From Bacteroidota bacterium (GTDB taxonomy: Bacteria; Bacteroidota; Bacteroidia; Cytophagales; UBA9547), in NCBI GenBank assembly GCA_033763735.1, contig JANRJY010000115.1:26612-90611 (forward strand): a stretch of DNA of 64,000 nt, written 5' to 3'. The notes under the pieces are model-generated. The model worked only from the letters and a program-made list of their open reading frames with translations, did no database searches and was not told where the DNA came from. Made by a program: the position numbers and the translations under genes. Positions 10,638 to 18,799 of the stretch are shown here, piece by piece (the first letter of the stretch is position 1; each line of letters starts with the position of its first letter).

Positions 10638-11603
10638 TTACAATTTATTAGCAAATTGTTTTGCAAAATAGGTTAATATCACATCTGCACCCGCTCGCTT
10701 GATGGATAACAATGTTTCATTTATTATCTTATTTTCATCAATCCAACCGTTGATTGCTGCGGCTTTGATTTGAGCATATTCGCCACTTACCTGATAAGCG
10801 GCAATTGGCAAATTATAATTATCGTGCAACGATTTAATTATATCCAAATAAGGAAGTGCCGGTTTTACCATTAAATAATCGGCTCCTTCAAGTACATCAA
10901 GTTCGGCTTCTATCAATGCTTCTCTACTATTTGCAGGATTCATTTGATAGGTTTTTTTATCTCCCATTTTTGGTGCGCTATCCAAAGCATCTCTGAAAGG
11001 ACCGTAAAATGCACTTGCATATTTTGCAGTATATGACATTATTGAAGTTTCTGAATATCCATTTTTATCTAATTCTTTTCGGATGTATCCGATTCTGCCG
11101 TCCATCATATCGGATGGCCCAAGAATATCAGCACCTGCTTGTGCTTGTACCATGGCCATTTTCCCCAATATTTCCAATGTTTCATCATTCAATATTTTTC
11201 CATCTTTAACCAATCCATCATGCCCATCGGAACTATATGGGTCCATGGCCACATCGGTCATTAAAACCAAATCGGGAAAAGTGGATTTGATTTTCTGTAT
11301 CGCTTGTATGTACATACCCTTTTCATTAATGCTTTCTGAGGCCGTTTTGTCTTTAAATTCGTCAGTATAATGAGGGAAAAGCGCAAAAGCATGGATATTT
11401 AACTTCATACACGATTCTATTTCTTTTAATAAATTATCCAAGGACCAACGGTATATGCCGGGCATACTTTTAATCTCAACTTTTAAATGATTACCTGCGG
11501 TTAAGAATAAGGGAAAAATTAAATCAGAAACTTGTACTTGGTTTTCCTGAACTAAATTACGTATTACCGGGCTTTTACGATTACGTCTGGGTCTACGAAG
11601 CAT
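10638..11603 (-). CDS. hemB: Porphobilinogen synthase
   Basis: RRPRRNR, SDMMDGRIG, YASAFYGPFRDA, MVKPALPYLD and AYQVSGEY motifs. Confidence 0.97.
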   Translation of the reverse strand: MLRRPRRNRKSPVIRNLVQENQVQVSDLIFPLFLTAGNHLKVEIKSMPGIYRWSLDNLLKEIESCMKLNIHAFALFPHYTDEFKDKTASESINEKGMYIQAIQKIKSTFPDLVLMTDVAMDPYSSDGHDGLVKDGKILNDETLEILGKMAMVQAQAGADILGPSDMMDGRIGYIRKELDKNGYSETSIMSYTAKYASAFYGPFRDALDSAPKMGDKKTYQMNPANSREALIEAELDVLEGADYLMVKPALPYLDIIKSLHDNYNLPIAAYQVSGEYAQIKAAAINGWIDENKIINETLLSIKRAGADVILTYFAKQFANKL

Positions 11604-11606
11604 ACA

Positions 11607-12011
11607 TCAATTGTTTTTTTCTAAATCTTCAATTTGAATATCTAACGCTTTGGTTGAAAGAATAATTTCCATGGAACAAACCAAAAGTGAGATTAATAAT
11701 AGTACCTGGCTAATACCGAACATATATCCCGCTACTTCTGTATAATCTTGATATATCAAAAACATAGTTGCTGCAGCAAAAAACACGGATGCAATACCGA
11801 GCAATTGCATATTACGAATCAAATGAATTCTCCTTCTTAAAATATGAATTTGTTTGCGGATTATTTCTGTGTTTTCGTTTTTGTATTGTGCATACAATAA
11901 CCTGATTCTGTTACTGATGGCTACGTATCTATTTCCATAAGATAATAACAATAGCGAAACTGTTGGAAAAAGTAAAGCCGGAGTGGTAATAGATAATTGC
12001 TGATGCATCAA
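11607..12011 (-). CDS. DUF2721-like small membrane protein
   Basis: TPALLFPTVSLLLLSYGNRY N-terminus, three hydrophobic segments. Confidence 0.7.
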   Translation of the reverse strand: MMHQQLSITTPALLFPTVSLLLLSYGNRYVAISNRIRLLYAQYKNENTEIIRKQIHILRRRIHLIRNMQLLGIASVFFAAATMFLIYQDYTEVAGYMFGISQVLLLISLLVCSMEIILSTKALDIQIEDLEKNN

Positions 12012-14116
12012 TAGCCCATGGGCAGTTTTATTGTGAAAGTGCTTCCTTCGTTAGGTTTGCTTTCTGCAGTAATATCGCCTCTATTCATTTGGACAAAATC
12101 TTTGCAAAGCATAAGTCCCAAGCCACTTCCTTTTTCCTTTTTAGTTCCAGGCAAAGTGTTTCTTGTATCGGGATTAAATAAGTTATCTAACATGCTTTTG
12201 TCCATACCTATGCCGTTGTCAATAATTTTGATTACTACACTTTTATTTTCCTCCAATATCTCCACTTTTACTTCCCCTCCGGTGTTGGTAAACTTGATCG
12301 CATTGTGAATAATATTCCGGAATATAAACTCGAGCATGTTTTTGTCGCCCATTACCTCTATTTCTTCGTTGGCTTGAAGTACAAATGATATATGTTTGTC
12401 CAAAAACTGAGGCAAAAACAATTCAGCCTGTTTTTTAATCAATTGAACCAAATTAACATGTACAATGCTTACCTGAATAGCACCGGATTGGACCATGGCC
12501 CATTCCAGCAAATTATTAAGCAATCCGGAAAGATTTGAAAGCGATACATCCATGATATGCGCAAAATCTTTAATTTCTTTGCTCGATATATTTTCAGGAA
12601 ATTCTTTGGCGATGTTCAGATATCCTTTCAATGAATTTAATGGAGCCTTTATATCGTGTGAAATAATTGAGAAAAACTTATCCTTGGTTGAGTTAAGTGT
12701 ACTGAGTTCAGTTTCCGATTCCTTAAGTTCGTATATGATATGTTCCAGATCTTTGTTTTGTTTGTAAAGTATGGCATTCAACCGCTTTTTTAACAAATAC
12801 CTATTGTATATCAGGAGTGCCAGGAACAATAGCAATACTGACAAAGCAGATAAGGTATACAACCAAATGGCACTTTTTTCAAGTTCCAGTTTGTCTATCT
12901 CCTTTTCTTTTTTTAACAATCGAATCTGAATTTGTTTCTTTTCAATTTCCATTTGAGCACGCAGCTTTTGCAATTCATCTTCTTTTTCTTCAGCATAAAT
13001 CAAATCGCGCTCAGCCACATATTTTTGATAATAATTAAAGGCATTTTTGTAGTCTTGCATTAAGCTCAAACATAGCGATATGCCCTTATAGGATTCCATT
13101 TTGGATATTTTCAAATTTTGCTCTTTTGAAAGCTCCAGAACTTCTTTATATTTGATAATGGCACCTTTATAGTTTTTAGTATTCAGTTCAATATCGCCCA
13201 ATGATACCAAACAAGCAGCCATTTCATGATAATTCTCTTCTTTTTTGTATAGCTCTATTGAGTAATTAAAGTTGTTTTTCGCTTCAATAAAATTACCCAT
13301 TTGTTTGTATACCACCGCAATTTGTTTCAAAGCCTGTGCTGCTTTATTTGATTTTGTTTTCTTGTTTTTGATGGATGATGATTGTATATTTTTTCCCGCA
13401 TTTTTATCTTGTTGAAGCTGATTCGCATTTGACTCTTTTTCTTCTCTTTCGCTTTCTCTGCTTATTTCGGTAACGGGTTCTTCTTCAATTTTTTTCAAAT
13501 CGTTCTTTTTAATTTGTTTAAATATTATAGAAGCGTTTTCTAGCGCTTTTTGAGCCTTTTCCATTTCTTTAAGTTCAAAGTATATACTACCGAGCTTTGA
13601 ATAGGTATTGGCTTGTCCATAGGGATTTGATGCTTGTTTGTACGTTTCGATTAATTGCATACATTTTTGTTCTGCTTCTTCAAATTCCTTTAGTTTAATT
13701 TTGCATTCTACAATTTTTTCTAATGCAACTATCTGATTTTCATAATCTTTGTATTTAATTGCAAGACTAAGGGAAGATGAATAATACCCTTCGGCCGACT
13801 TATAATCCTTATTGTGATAATACAAATTGCCGTACAAATAATATGCGGTTTGCTTACGGATATCATCTTTGGATTCCTGTATGAGCTGTAGAGCATATTC
13901 CAAAGAAGCACTTGCCTTGGCTGACTGGTCTGATTCTATTGATTTTTTTATTTCTTTAAATAAACTGTCAATTTTGAAAGGGTAGTTTTTTTTGGATTTA
14001 GTCTGCCCCACCAAAATCGTTTGGCATAAAAAAATAAGAAGAAAAACAACAACTACACGTATCAAAATGTATGAGAAATCTATTTTTGAATATCCTTTTG
14101 GGTAATTTAAAATCAA
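12008..14116 (-). CDS. TPR-repeat sensor histidine kinase
   Basis: Periplasmic TPRs, TM helix, H-box FFSIISHDIKAPL, N-box NIIHNAIKF, G-boxes DNGIG and GSGLGL. Confidence 0.93.
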   Translation of the reverse strand: MILNYPKGYSKIDFSYILIRVVVVFLLIFLCQTILVGQTKSKKNYPFKIDSLFKEIKKSIESDQSAKASASLEYALQLIQESKDDIRKQTAYYLYGNLYYHNKDYKSAEGYYSSSLSLAIKYKDYENQIVALEKIVECKIKLKEFEEAEQKCMQLIETYKQASNPYGQANTYSKLGSIYFELKEMEKAQKALENASIIFKQIKKNDLKKIEEEPVTEISRESEREEKESNANQLQQDKNAGKNIQSSSIKNKKTKSNKAAQALKQIAVVYKQMGNFIEAKNNFNYSIELYKKEENYHEMAACLVSLGDIELNTKNYKGAIIKYKEVLELSKEQNLKISKMESYKGISLCLSLMQDYKNAFNYYQKYVAERDLIYAEEKEDELQKLRAQMEIEKKQIQIRLLKKEKEIDKLELEKSAIWLYTLSALSVLLLFLALLIYNRYLLKKRLNAILYKQNKDLEHIIYELKESETELSTLNSTKDKFFSIISHDIKAPLNSLKGYLNIAKEFPENISSKEIKDFAHIMDVSLSNLSGLLNNLLEWAMVQSGAIQVSIVHVNLVQLIKKQAELFLPQFLDKHISFVLQANEEIEVMGDKNMLEFIFRNIIHNAIKFTNTGGEVKVEILEENKSVVIKIIDNGIGMDKSMLDNLFNPDTRNTLPGTKKEKGSGLGLMLCKDFVQMNRGDITAESKPNEGSTFTIKLPMGY

Positions 14117-14246
14117 ATTTATAACATTATATACAATTATCAGGTGTTTTTTTTTCTAAACAATCTATTTTATAGTTTTCATACCTCACTATATTTTAAA
14201 TTGAATATTAACCCATATTGAAAACCAAGCTGAGATTTATTTAAAC

Positions 14247-14297
14247 TTTTTTCAGGACGAGACAGAGAGTCAGGTGAGGACACCTGCAACGGGGAGG
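14247..14297 (-). repeat. REP-like hairpin element abutting the distal end of the cassette array
   Basis: Hairpin CAGGTG-AGGA-CACCTG (14271-14286); TGTCTCGTCCT plus A-tract also found at 24037-24053. Confidence 0.45.
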
Positions 14298-14318
14298 GTG
14301 TTGGTGGAAGTACATTTT

Positions 14319-15272
14319 TTATAGCCATTCTTTAATCTGCTGTTCAGTCAAATTACGTCCACATATTATGCTGCATAGCTTTTTATTTTTAAATTTTTGT
14401 TGATTTTCTAAAATGGCAGCTATACCAACCGCAGCAGATGGTTCTACAATTAATCCCTCATGACTATTTATAAGCTTAATTCCTTCGACAATACTCTGGT
14501 CGCTTACTAAAATTCCCTCGTCTATTAATTCCATCATATCCTTTATAACCTCTGGGATAGGCAATCGAACTGCTATACCGTCAGCAATTGTGTTAGCCAC
14601 TAAAAAATTAATCACATCATTTTTTTTCCACGATTCAATCATCGCTGGGGCGCCTTTTGCTTGAACCGCTATTATTTTTGTTTCCGGAGAATATTCTTTA
14701 AAAACTTTAGCAATTCCTGTTGCTAATGCACCATTCCCAAGTGCAATTAGCAAATAATCTAATTTTTTTGGCAAGTTCAACAATTCTAATCCTATCGTTG
14801 CCGCCCCTTCTACAGTTTCAATATCTAAGCTATCTTCAACAAATCTAATTTGTGCTTTTTTTGAAAATAATTTAGCTTCTGATTTAGCCTCATCAAAATC
14901 ATTTCCATATAAAACCACATTTGCTCCTAAAGACCTCATCTTTTCAACTTTTAAGCAATTAGCATTTTGACTTGCGTATATCGTTGTTTTTATACCCCTC
15001 TTATTACATGAGTAAGTTAAAGCCTGACCAAAATTACCTGCGCTTGCACAAACTAATTCAGGAATATCACCTAAATTTGAAGTTAACAACTCTGTTCCTC
15101 TTCCTTTAAAAGAACCTATAGAATTTTGGGTTTCATCTTTTAAAAAGATTTCGCACTGAAGTACATCTGAAAGAGAATCAGATTTATATTGTGGAGAATC
15201 CAAAAATAGAGGGTCAATTCTATTAACAGCTTCTTTTATTCTTGAGATAGTGATTCTGGTTGTCGTCTTCAT
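14319..15272 (-). CDS. PLP-dependent threonine/serine dehydratase family enzyme (cassette 5)
   Basis: GSFKGRG (PLP Lys), ASAGNFGQ, ALGNGAL, EPSAAVG; start moved to ATG 15272 because the upstream in-frame region is the recombination site. Confidence 0.88.
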   Translation of the reverse strand: MKTTTRITISRIKEAVNRIDPLFLDSPQYKSDSLSDVLQCEIFLKDETQNSIGSFKGRGTELLTSNLGDIPELVCASAGNFGQALTYSCNKRGIKTTIYASQNANCLKVEKMRSLGANVVLYGNDFDEAKSEAKLFSKKAQIRFVEDSLDIETVEGAATIGLELLNLPKKLDYLLIALGNGALATGIAKVFKEYSPETKIIAVQAKGAPAMIESWKKNDVINFLVANTIADGIAVRLPIPEVIKDMMELIDEGILVSDQSIVEGIKLINSHEGLIVEPSAAVGIAAILENQQKFKNKKLCSIICGRNLTEQQIKEWL

Positions 15273-15280
15273 TTTTTGTA

Positions 15281-15484
15281 TTTCCACCAATGGCTCGGTT
15301 GTTGCCGAATGTTGAAACGGGCTGGTGGCACACCAGCATAAAGTTTCGACATGAAGGCTGCAAAGCCCGTTTTCAATTTCGGCAACAAAGGTGTTGTGTC
15401 GAAGTTTTCTCTTGGTACAAAGGTAAGAAAAAGAACGAAGCAGAAAACGGGCATTTGCATCAACCGAGCCATTGGGCAAAATTT
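15281..15484 (-). repeat. Variant attC-like site with AAT/ATT cores
   Basis: Perfect 15-bp inverted repeat CCAATGGCTCGGTTG (15287-15301)/CAACCGAGCCATTGG (15461-15475); internal IR 15299-15309/15378-15388. Confidence 0.65.
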
Positions 15485-15685
15485 AGGATGCGGGAATGCG
15501 AGGCACGAGCATGAAGCATCCGAGTGCGAAGGGAACGATTTATTCGGATATTGAGTTGAGAAACGAATGTTGTATATGCTGCTTGGCAGGCCAAAGCTTA
15601 GGTTAAATGTAGCAGGTATTCCAAGTAGCATATACATAAATGAGTTAGCGAATAAATCGTGCGCGTTTGTAAAATTTTGCCCAAC
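15471..15685. other. ORF-less structured cassette (cassette 4)
   Basis: Ends ATTGGGCAAAATTT/AAATTTTGCCCAAC are complementary at 13/14; nested IRs 15535-15546/15649-15660 and 15571-15586/15621-15636. Confidence 0.6.
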
Positions 15686-15812
15686 GGTTTGGGTATTGCC
15701 GAAGGCGGGGAATTTCAGCACTATCGCTCAATGGAAATGCAAATGTTTAACTATTTCTGTCAGCCAAATAGATATTGTCAAGCCCCGCTTTTGGCAATAC
15801 CATGTTGGCGGT
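15677..15812 (-). repeat. attC-like site (136 bp)
   Basis: TTGCCCAAC-ggtttg-GGTATTGCCGAAGGCGGGG ... CCCCGCTTTTGGCAATACC-at-GTTGGCGGT; stem 17/19 Watson-Crick plus 2 G.T. Confidence 0.85.
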
Positions 15813-15842
15813 TCGTGCTTGTCATGGTGCAGCAGCTATATT

Positions 15843-17573
15843 CTAAAAACCACCCATTGGTAGATACTTGCCGCTTGTTTTCATCTCCAAGTTTTTCTCG
15901 TTGCTAAAGCCCAATCCTTTTGTTTGGTATGTCTCGTCAAAAATATCTGTTAGGTCAGGGGTCAAAGCAAACACGTTGTCCTCAGATGCAATTTGCTTTC
16001 TGTCTAATTTATTATTAAGAAAGGCACCACAGACCTCTAATTCGTCACTGGTTATAAGCTTGCCATGTAATTGTTCTCTTAAGATAAGAAAATCTGTTAG
16101 GTCAGATTTCTTTTTTCCTAATTTTTCCATCTGAAGTAGAAAGATTTCCAAGTCGTCAATGCAAATGCTCCAAGGATAATCATCATCATCATAAATTTCA
16201 AGCATATAGCTTAGGTCAGTTTGGATTTGTCCAAATCTTTCAAGGGTGACAACTATTGAGACAGCCTTGTGATAATTTTTCGTTCTTATATCAATTACAT
16301 GGTTTTTTAACGCCTCATCTTTGAAGATTTTAAGAGGTTCACGATTAATGAACTTTGATTTGACTCTATATGCTTGGTCATAGCCCTTCTGAATTGTCTC
16401 CTCAAAATTCGATACGATTAATGGATACGCCATATCGGGTTCTCTACGCGGTTCGTCACGTTTTGATGCCTTGGCTTCTATAATTAAAGCCAATCCCTCG
16501 TACAGAAACAATAAATCCTGTTCGTGTTTGTCTTGCGTGAAAAAGCTCTTATATACAAAGGCTTTGTTCTTAAAAAATCTTTGGAAAATACTTTCTATTT
16601 TATCCTCAAGTTTCTTCCCTCTCACTGCGTAATATTTTTCATTCAGTGCTGGTTGGGAAATGCAGAACTGAAACAATACATTATAAACCGCTTGGATGAT
16701 TTGATGCGTCTCAATTAACTGAAATTCTTCGTCATTAATATTAAATATTGGCTTTGAATGAAGCGGGTTCTTCTCTGTGTAATACAAAAAATTTGTTTGC
16801 TGTCTTTTACAGGTGAACGTATTTAAGAATGCATTTGCTTTTTGCTCCCCAAACTTTTCAATTAAGGATTGCTTTGAATACCGTTGCATTTTCCCCTTAT
16901 CATACATCCATTCAAACATGTTTTGAAAGTGTTGCGGTAAATGTGGCTGCCATTCCCAAGGTGGAATACTTTTAGCTTGCATTTCGTCACCAAATTCTTC
17001 CCACGTTTGCTGTCCCTCTTTCTTATTTATATTTTCATTTAAAAAGTTGTTAGGAACTTGGTCAATATAATTGTAGATGTCAATAAAATCTGCCACAGAT
17101 AAACCTAATTGACTACTTATTTCTTTGTCAAATGGTTTAAAGTATTCTTCAACTCTTTCAATGATTTGCTCTTCGTAGTTTAATAACCCTTGATTGAAGT
17201 AACTAAGGAATGTAGGCATTGCAACCATTCTTCTCATCTTCCAATCTTCATCAACTACATCATCTGGTTTAGGATAAAAGAATTGTTCATAGCCTGTTTC
17301 TATCTCATTCAACAACGACTTCATGTGTTCAAAGTCTTCGTCTGAATATTGAGCCTTAAGCGGCTCTGTTTCGCTTTTAGCAGAAGTAACATTCAATGCC
17401 GCCAAATACAGCAGTTGTCGCTGTGGTGACGACAAGCCATTCAGTGATTTCATTGGGCTGTCAAAGCGGATAAACTGCATCAAACTTGAGATGTCGCCAA
17501 GAAACATTGGCGTTTCAAATTGGCTAACAAAGTCTTTTAGTTCTTTAGATTTTTGAGCAAGGTCAATCTTCAT
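15843..17573 (-). CDS. Uncharacterised protein with C-terminal PD-(D/E)XK (NERD-like) nuclease fold (cassette 3)
   Basis: GKKLEDKI...EQDLLFLYEGLALIIEAKAS gives an E...D...EAK arrangement; downstream Q..Y.QA helix. Confidence 0.6.
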   Translation of the reverse strand: MKIDLAQKSKELKDFVSQFETPMFLGDISSLMQFIRFDSPMKSLNGLSSPQRQLLYLAALNVTSAKSETEPLKAQYSDEDFEHMKSLLNEIETGYEQFFYPKPDDVVDEDWKMRRMVAMPTFLSYFNQGLLNYEEQIIERVEEYFKPFDKEISSQLGLSVADFIDIYNYIDQVPNNFLNENINKKEGQQTWEEFGDEMQAKSIPPWEWQPHLPQHFQNMFEWMYDKGKMQRYSKQSLIEKFGEQKANAFLNTFTCKRQQTNFLYYTEKNPLHSKPIFNINDEEFQLIETHQIIQAVYNVLFQFCISQPALNEKYYAVRGKKLEDKIESIFQRFFKNKAFVYKSFFTQDKHEQDLLFLYEGLALIIEAKASKRDEPRREPDMAYPLIVSNFEETIQKGYDQAYRVKSKFINREPLKIFKDEALKNHVIDIRTKNYHKAVSIVVTLERFGQIQTDLSYMLEIYDDDDYPWSICIDDLEIFLLQMEKLGKKKSDLTDFLILREQLHGKLITSDELEVCGAFLNNKLDRKQIASEDNVFALTPDLTDIFDETYQTKGLGFSNEKNLEMKTSGKYLPMGGF

Positions 17574-17612
17574 CTTATAAGTCTCTGATTAGTTGAGGAG
17601 TGTTGTAGCATG

Positions 17613-17751
17613 ACCGCCAACGGTCCGCGGCTACCCGCAGTGCGGGCGTATAAAAGTAAGCAGTTCAGCGAGTTCGAGCAAATTAAATTTCCTGTAATTT
17701 GCTCGAACGAAAGGCAAGCTGCCCGCATTGTGGGTAGGCGCTGTTAGCGGT
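17613..17751 (-). repeat. attC-like site (139 bp)
   Basis: ACCGCCAAC-ggtcc-GCGGCTACCCGCAGTGCGGGC ... GCCCGCATTGTGGGTAGGCGC-t-GTTAGCGGT; inner perfect 14-bp IR 17672-17685/17695-17708. Confidence 0.88.
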
Positions 17752-17761
17752 TGTAATACTT

Positions 17762-18616
17762 TTAGTTGTCGCATTGATATTCATTCCAATAGTCGTTCAT
17801 TTTTGGGGTGGGTAGTTTACCATTCAACCTTTTTATAACTTTTAGTTCTCTGCAAATACATTCTCTCAATCCTTCTGTATATCTGTCTAGTTGTCGTGGA
17901 GTTATGTTAGGATTACCGACAGCATCTTGGAAGTCAGTCCAACAAATGTCAACTCTTCCTTTAAGCGTGTTTAATACAGGAGTTGGAATTAATTGTTGCA
18001 ATAGTAGTCCTTCAGAGATTACAGATTGAGAACTGGTTATTTCGTCAAACTGATTAACTTTCGATTTTACTGCATCAACATTCTTAGTTTCACGCCAAAG
18101 TTGTAAAACTTGAAGTCCAACTGAGATTACCCCAGTTACAAATTGTCCTAAACCGTAATCCATAGTTTTTTTATTTTTAAAATTTTGTTTGAATAATTTT
18201 TGTAAAATTTCCTTTTGAACAAAGGGTAAATGTTCTTCGTAAATCGTTGCAGAACGAATATTGGTTAACTTTCCTTCTATGTCTGGAATTACGACTTGAA
18301 ATTCTTCAGTAACAATCCATTTAACATTAATGAAAAATCCATTCCAGTCAGAAAGTTTGTCAAATGAAAGTTTGTCCTCAATCAAGCTATGCACAAACGA
18401 AGTCTTCACAACGCCTATTGCTTTTACTCTAATTGTACGTGAACCACCTCGGTTTGCTTTTAGATAAATAATATCGCCAGCCTTCAAAAGTGCAACCGTG
18501 TCAAACAAATCTTTTGCGTGTTGATAATCCCAACCAACAACAAAGTATTCGTTCGCTATGAAGTCGTCTTTAAGTTCGTCTCCGTCCCAGTTTGAGCCTG
18601 CTCCAAATATTGCCAT
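17762..18616 (-). CDS. Bipartite hypothetical protein, N-terminal EVE/PUA-like domain (cassette 2)
   Basis: VGW...LKAGDIIYLK...IGVV...VKW pattern; A-rich internal start at 18163 (MDYGL...). Confidence 0.5.
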   Translation of the reverse strand: MAIFGAGSNWDGDELKDDFIANEYFVVGWDYQHAKDLFDTVALLKAGDIIYLKANRGGSRTIRVKAIGVVKTSFVHSLIEDKLSFDKLSDWNGFFINVKWIVTEEFQVVIPDIEGKLTNIRSATIYEEHLPFVQKEILQKLFKQNFKNKKTMDYGLGQFVTGVISVGLQVLQLWRETKNVDAVKSKVNQFDEITSSQSVISEGLLLQQLIPTPVLNTLKGRVDICWTDFQDAVGNPNITPRQLDRYTEGLRECICRELKVIKRLNGKLPTPKMNDYWNEYQCDN

Positions 18617-18649
18617 TTTACATTTTCTTTGTCGTTATGTTTAATTATT

Positions 18650-18785
18650 GCCGCTAACGTTTTGGCGCTTGGCGAAGAAGCGGATTTCGAAGCACTAAAC
18701 TGTCAACCCAGCACAAAAGTTGATACGAGGCAGAATGTTCATTTAACCACTGAACCCGCTTTTTTGCCAAACGCCTGTTACCGGT
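18650..18785 (-). repeat. attC-like site (136 bp)
   Basis: GCCGCTAAC-gtttt-GGCGCTTGGCGAAGAAGCGG ... CCGCTTTTTTGCCAAACGCC-t-GTTACCGGT; stem 17/20 Watson-Crick; related in sequence to the 15677 site. Confidence 0.88.
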
Positions 18786-18799
18786 AGTTATTCTCTCTG

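Noticed and set aside
15273..15479. N-terminal 69-aa extension of the dehydratase in the ORF track
   Set aside because: It runs through the hairpin site and has no dehydratase-like sequence; ATG 15272 has an A-rich leader and gives a normal-length enzyme.
15260..15907. Five overlapping short ORFs (15260-15514, 15269-15721, 15351-15554, 15567-15863, 15659-15907)
   Set aside because: They cross cassette boundaries in GC-richer palindromic DNA where stops are rare; no recognisable protein features.
15677..18785. Interpreting the inter-cassette hairpins as simple rho-independent terminators
   Set aside because: They are about 136 bp, lack U-tracts on the coding strand, and their ends follow the cassette-matching rule.
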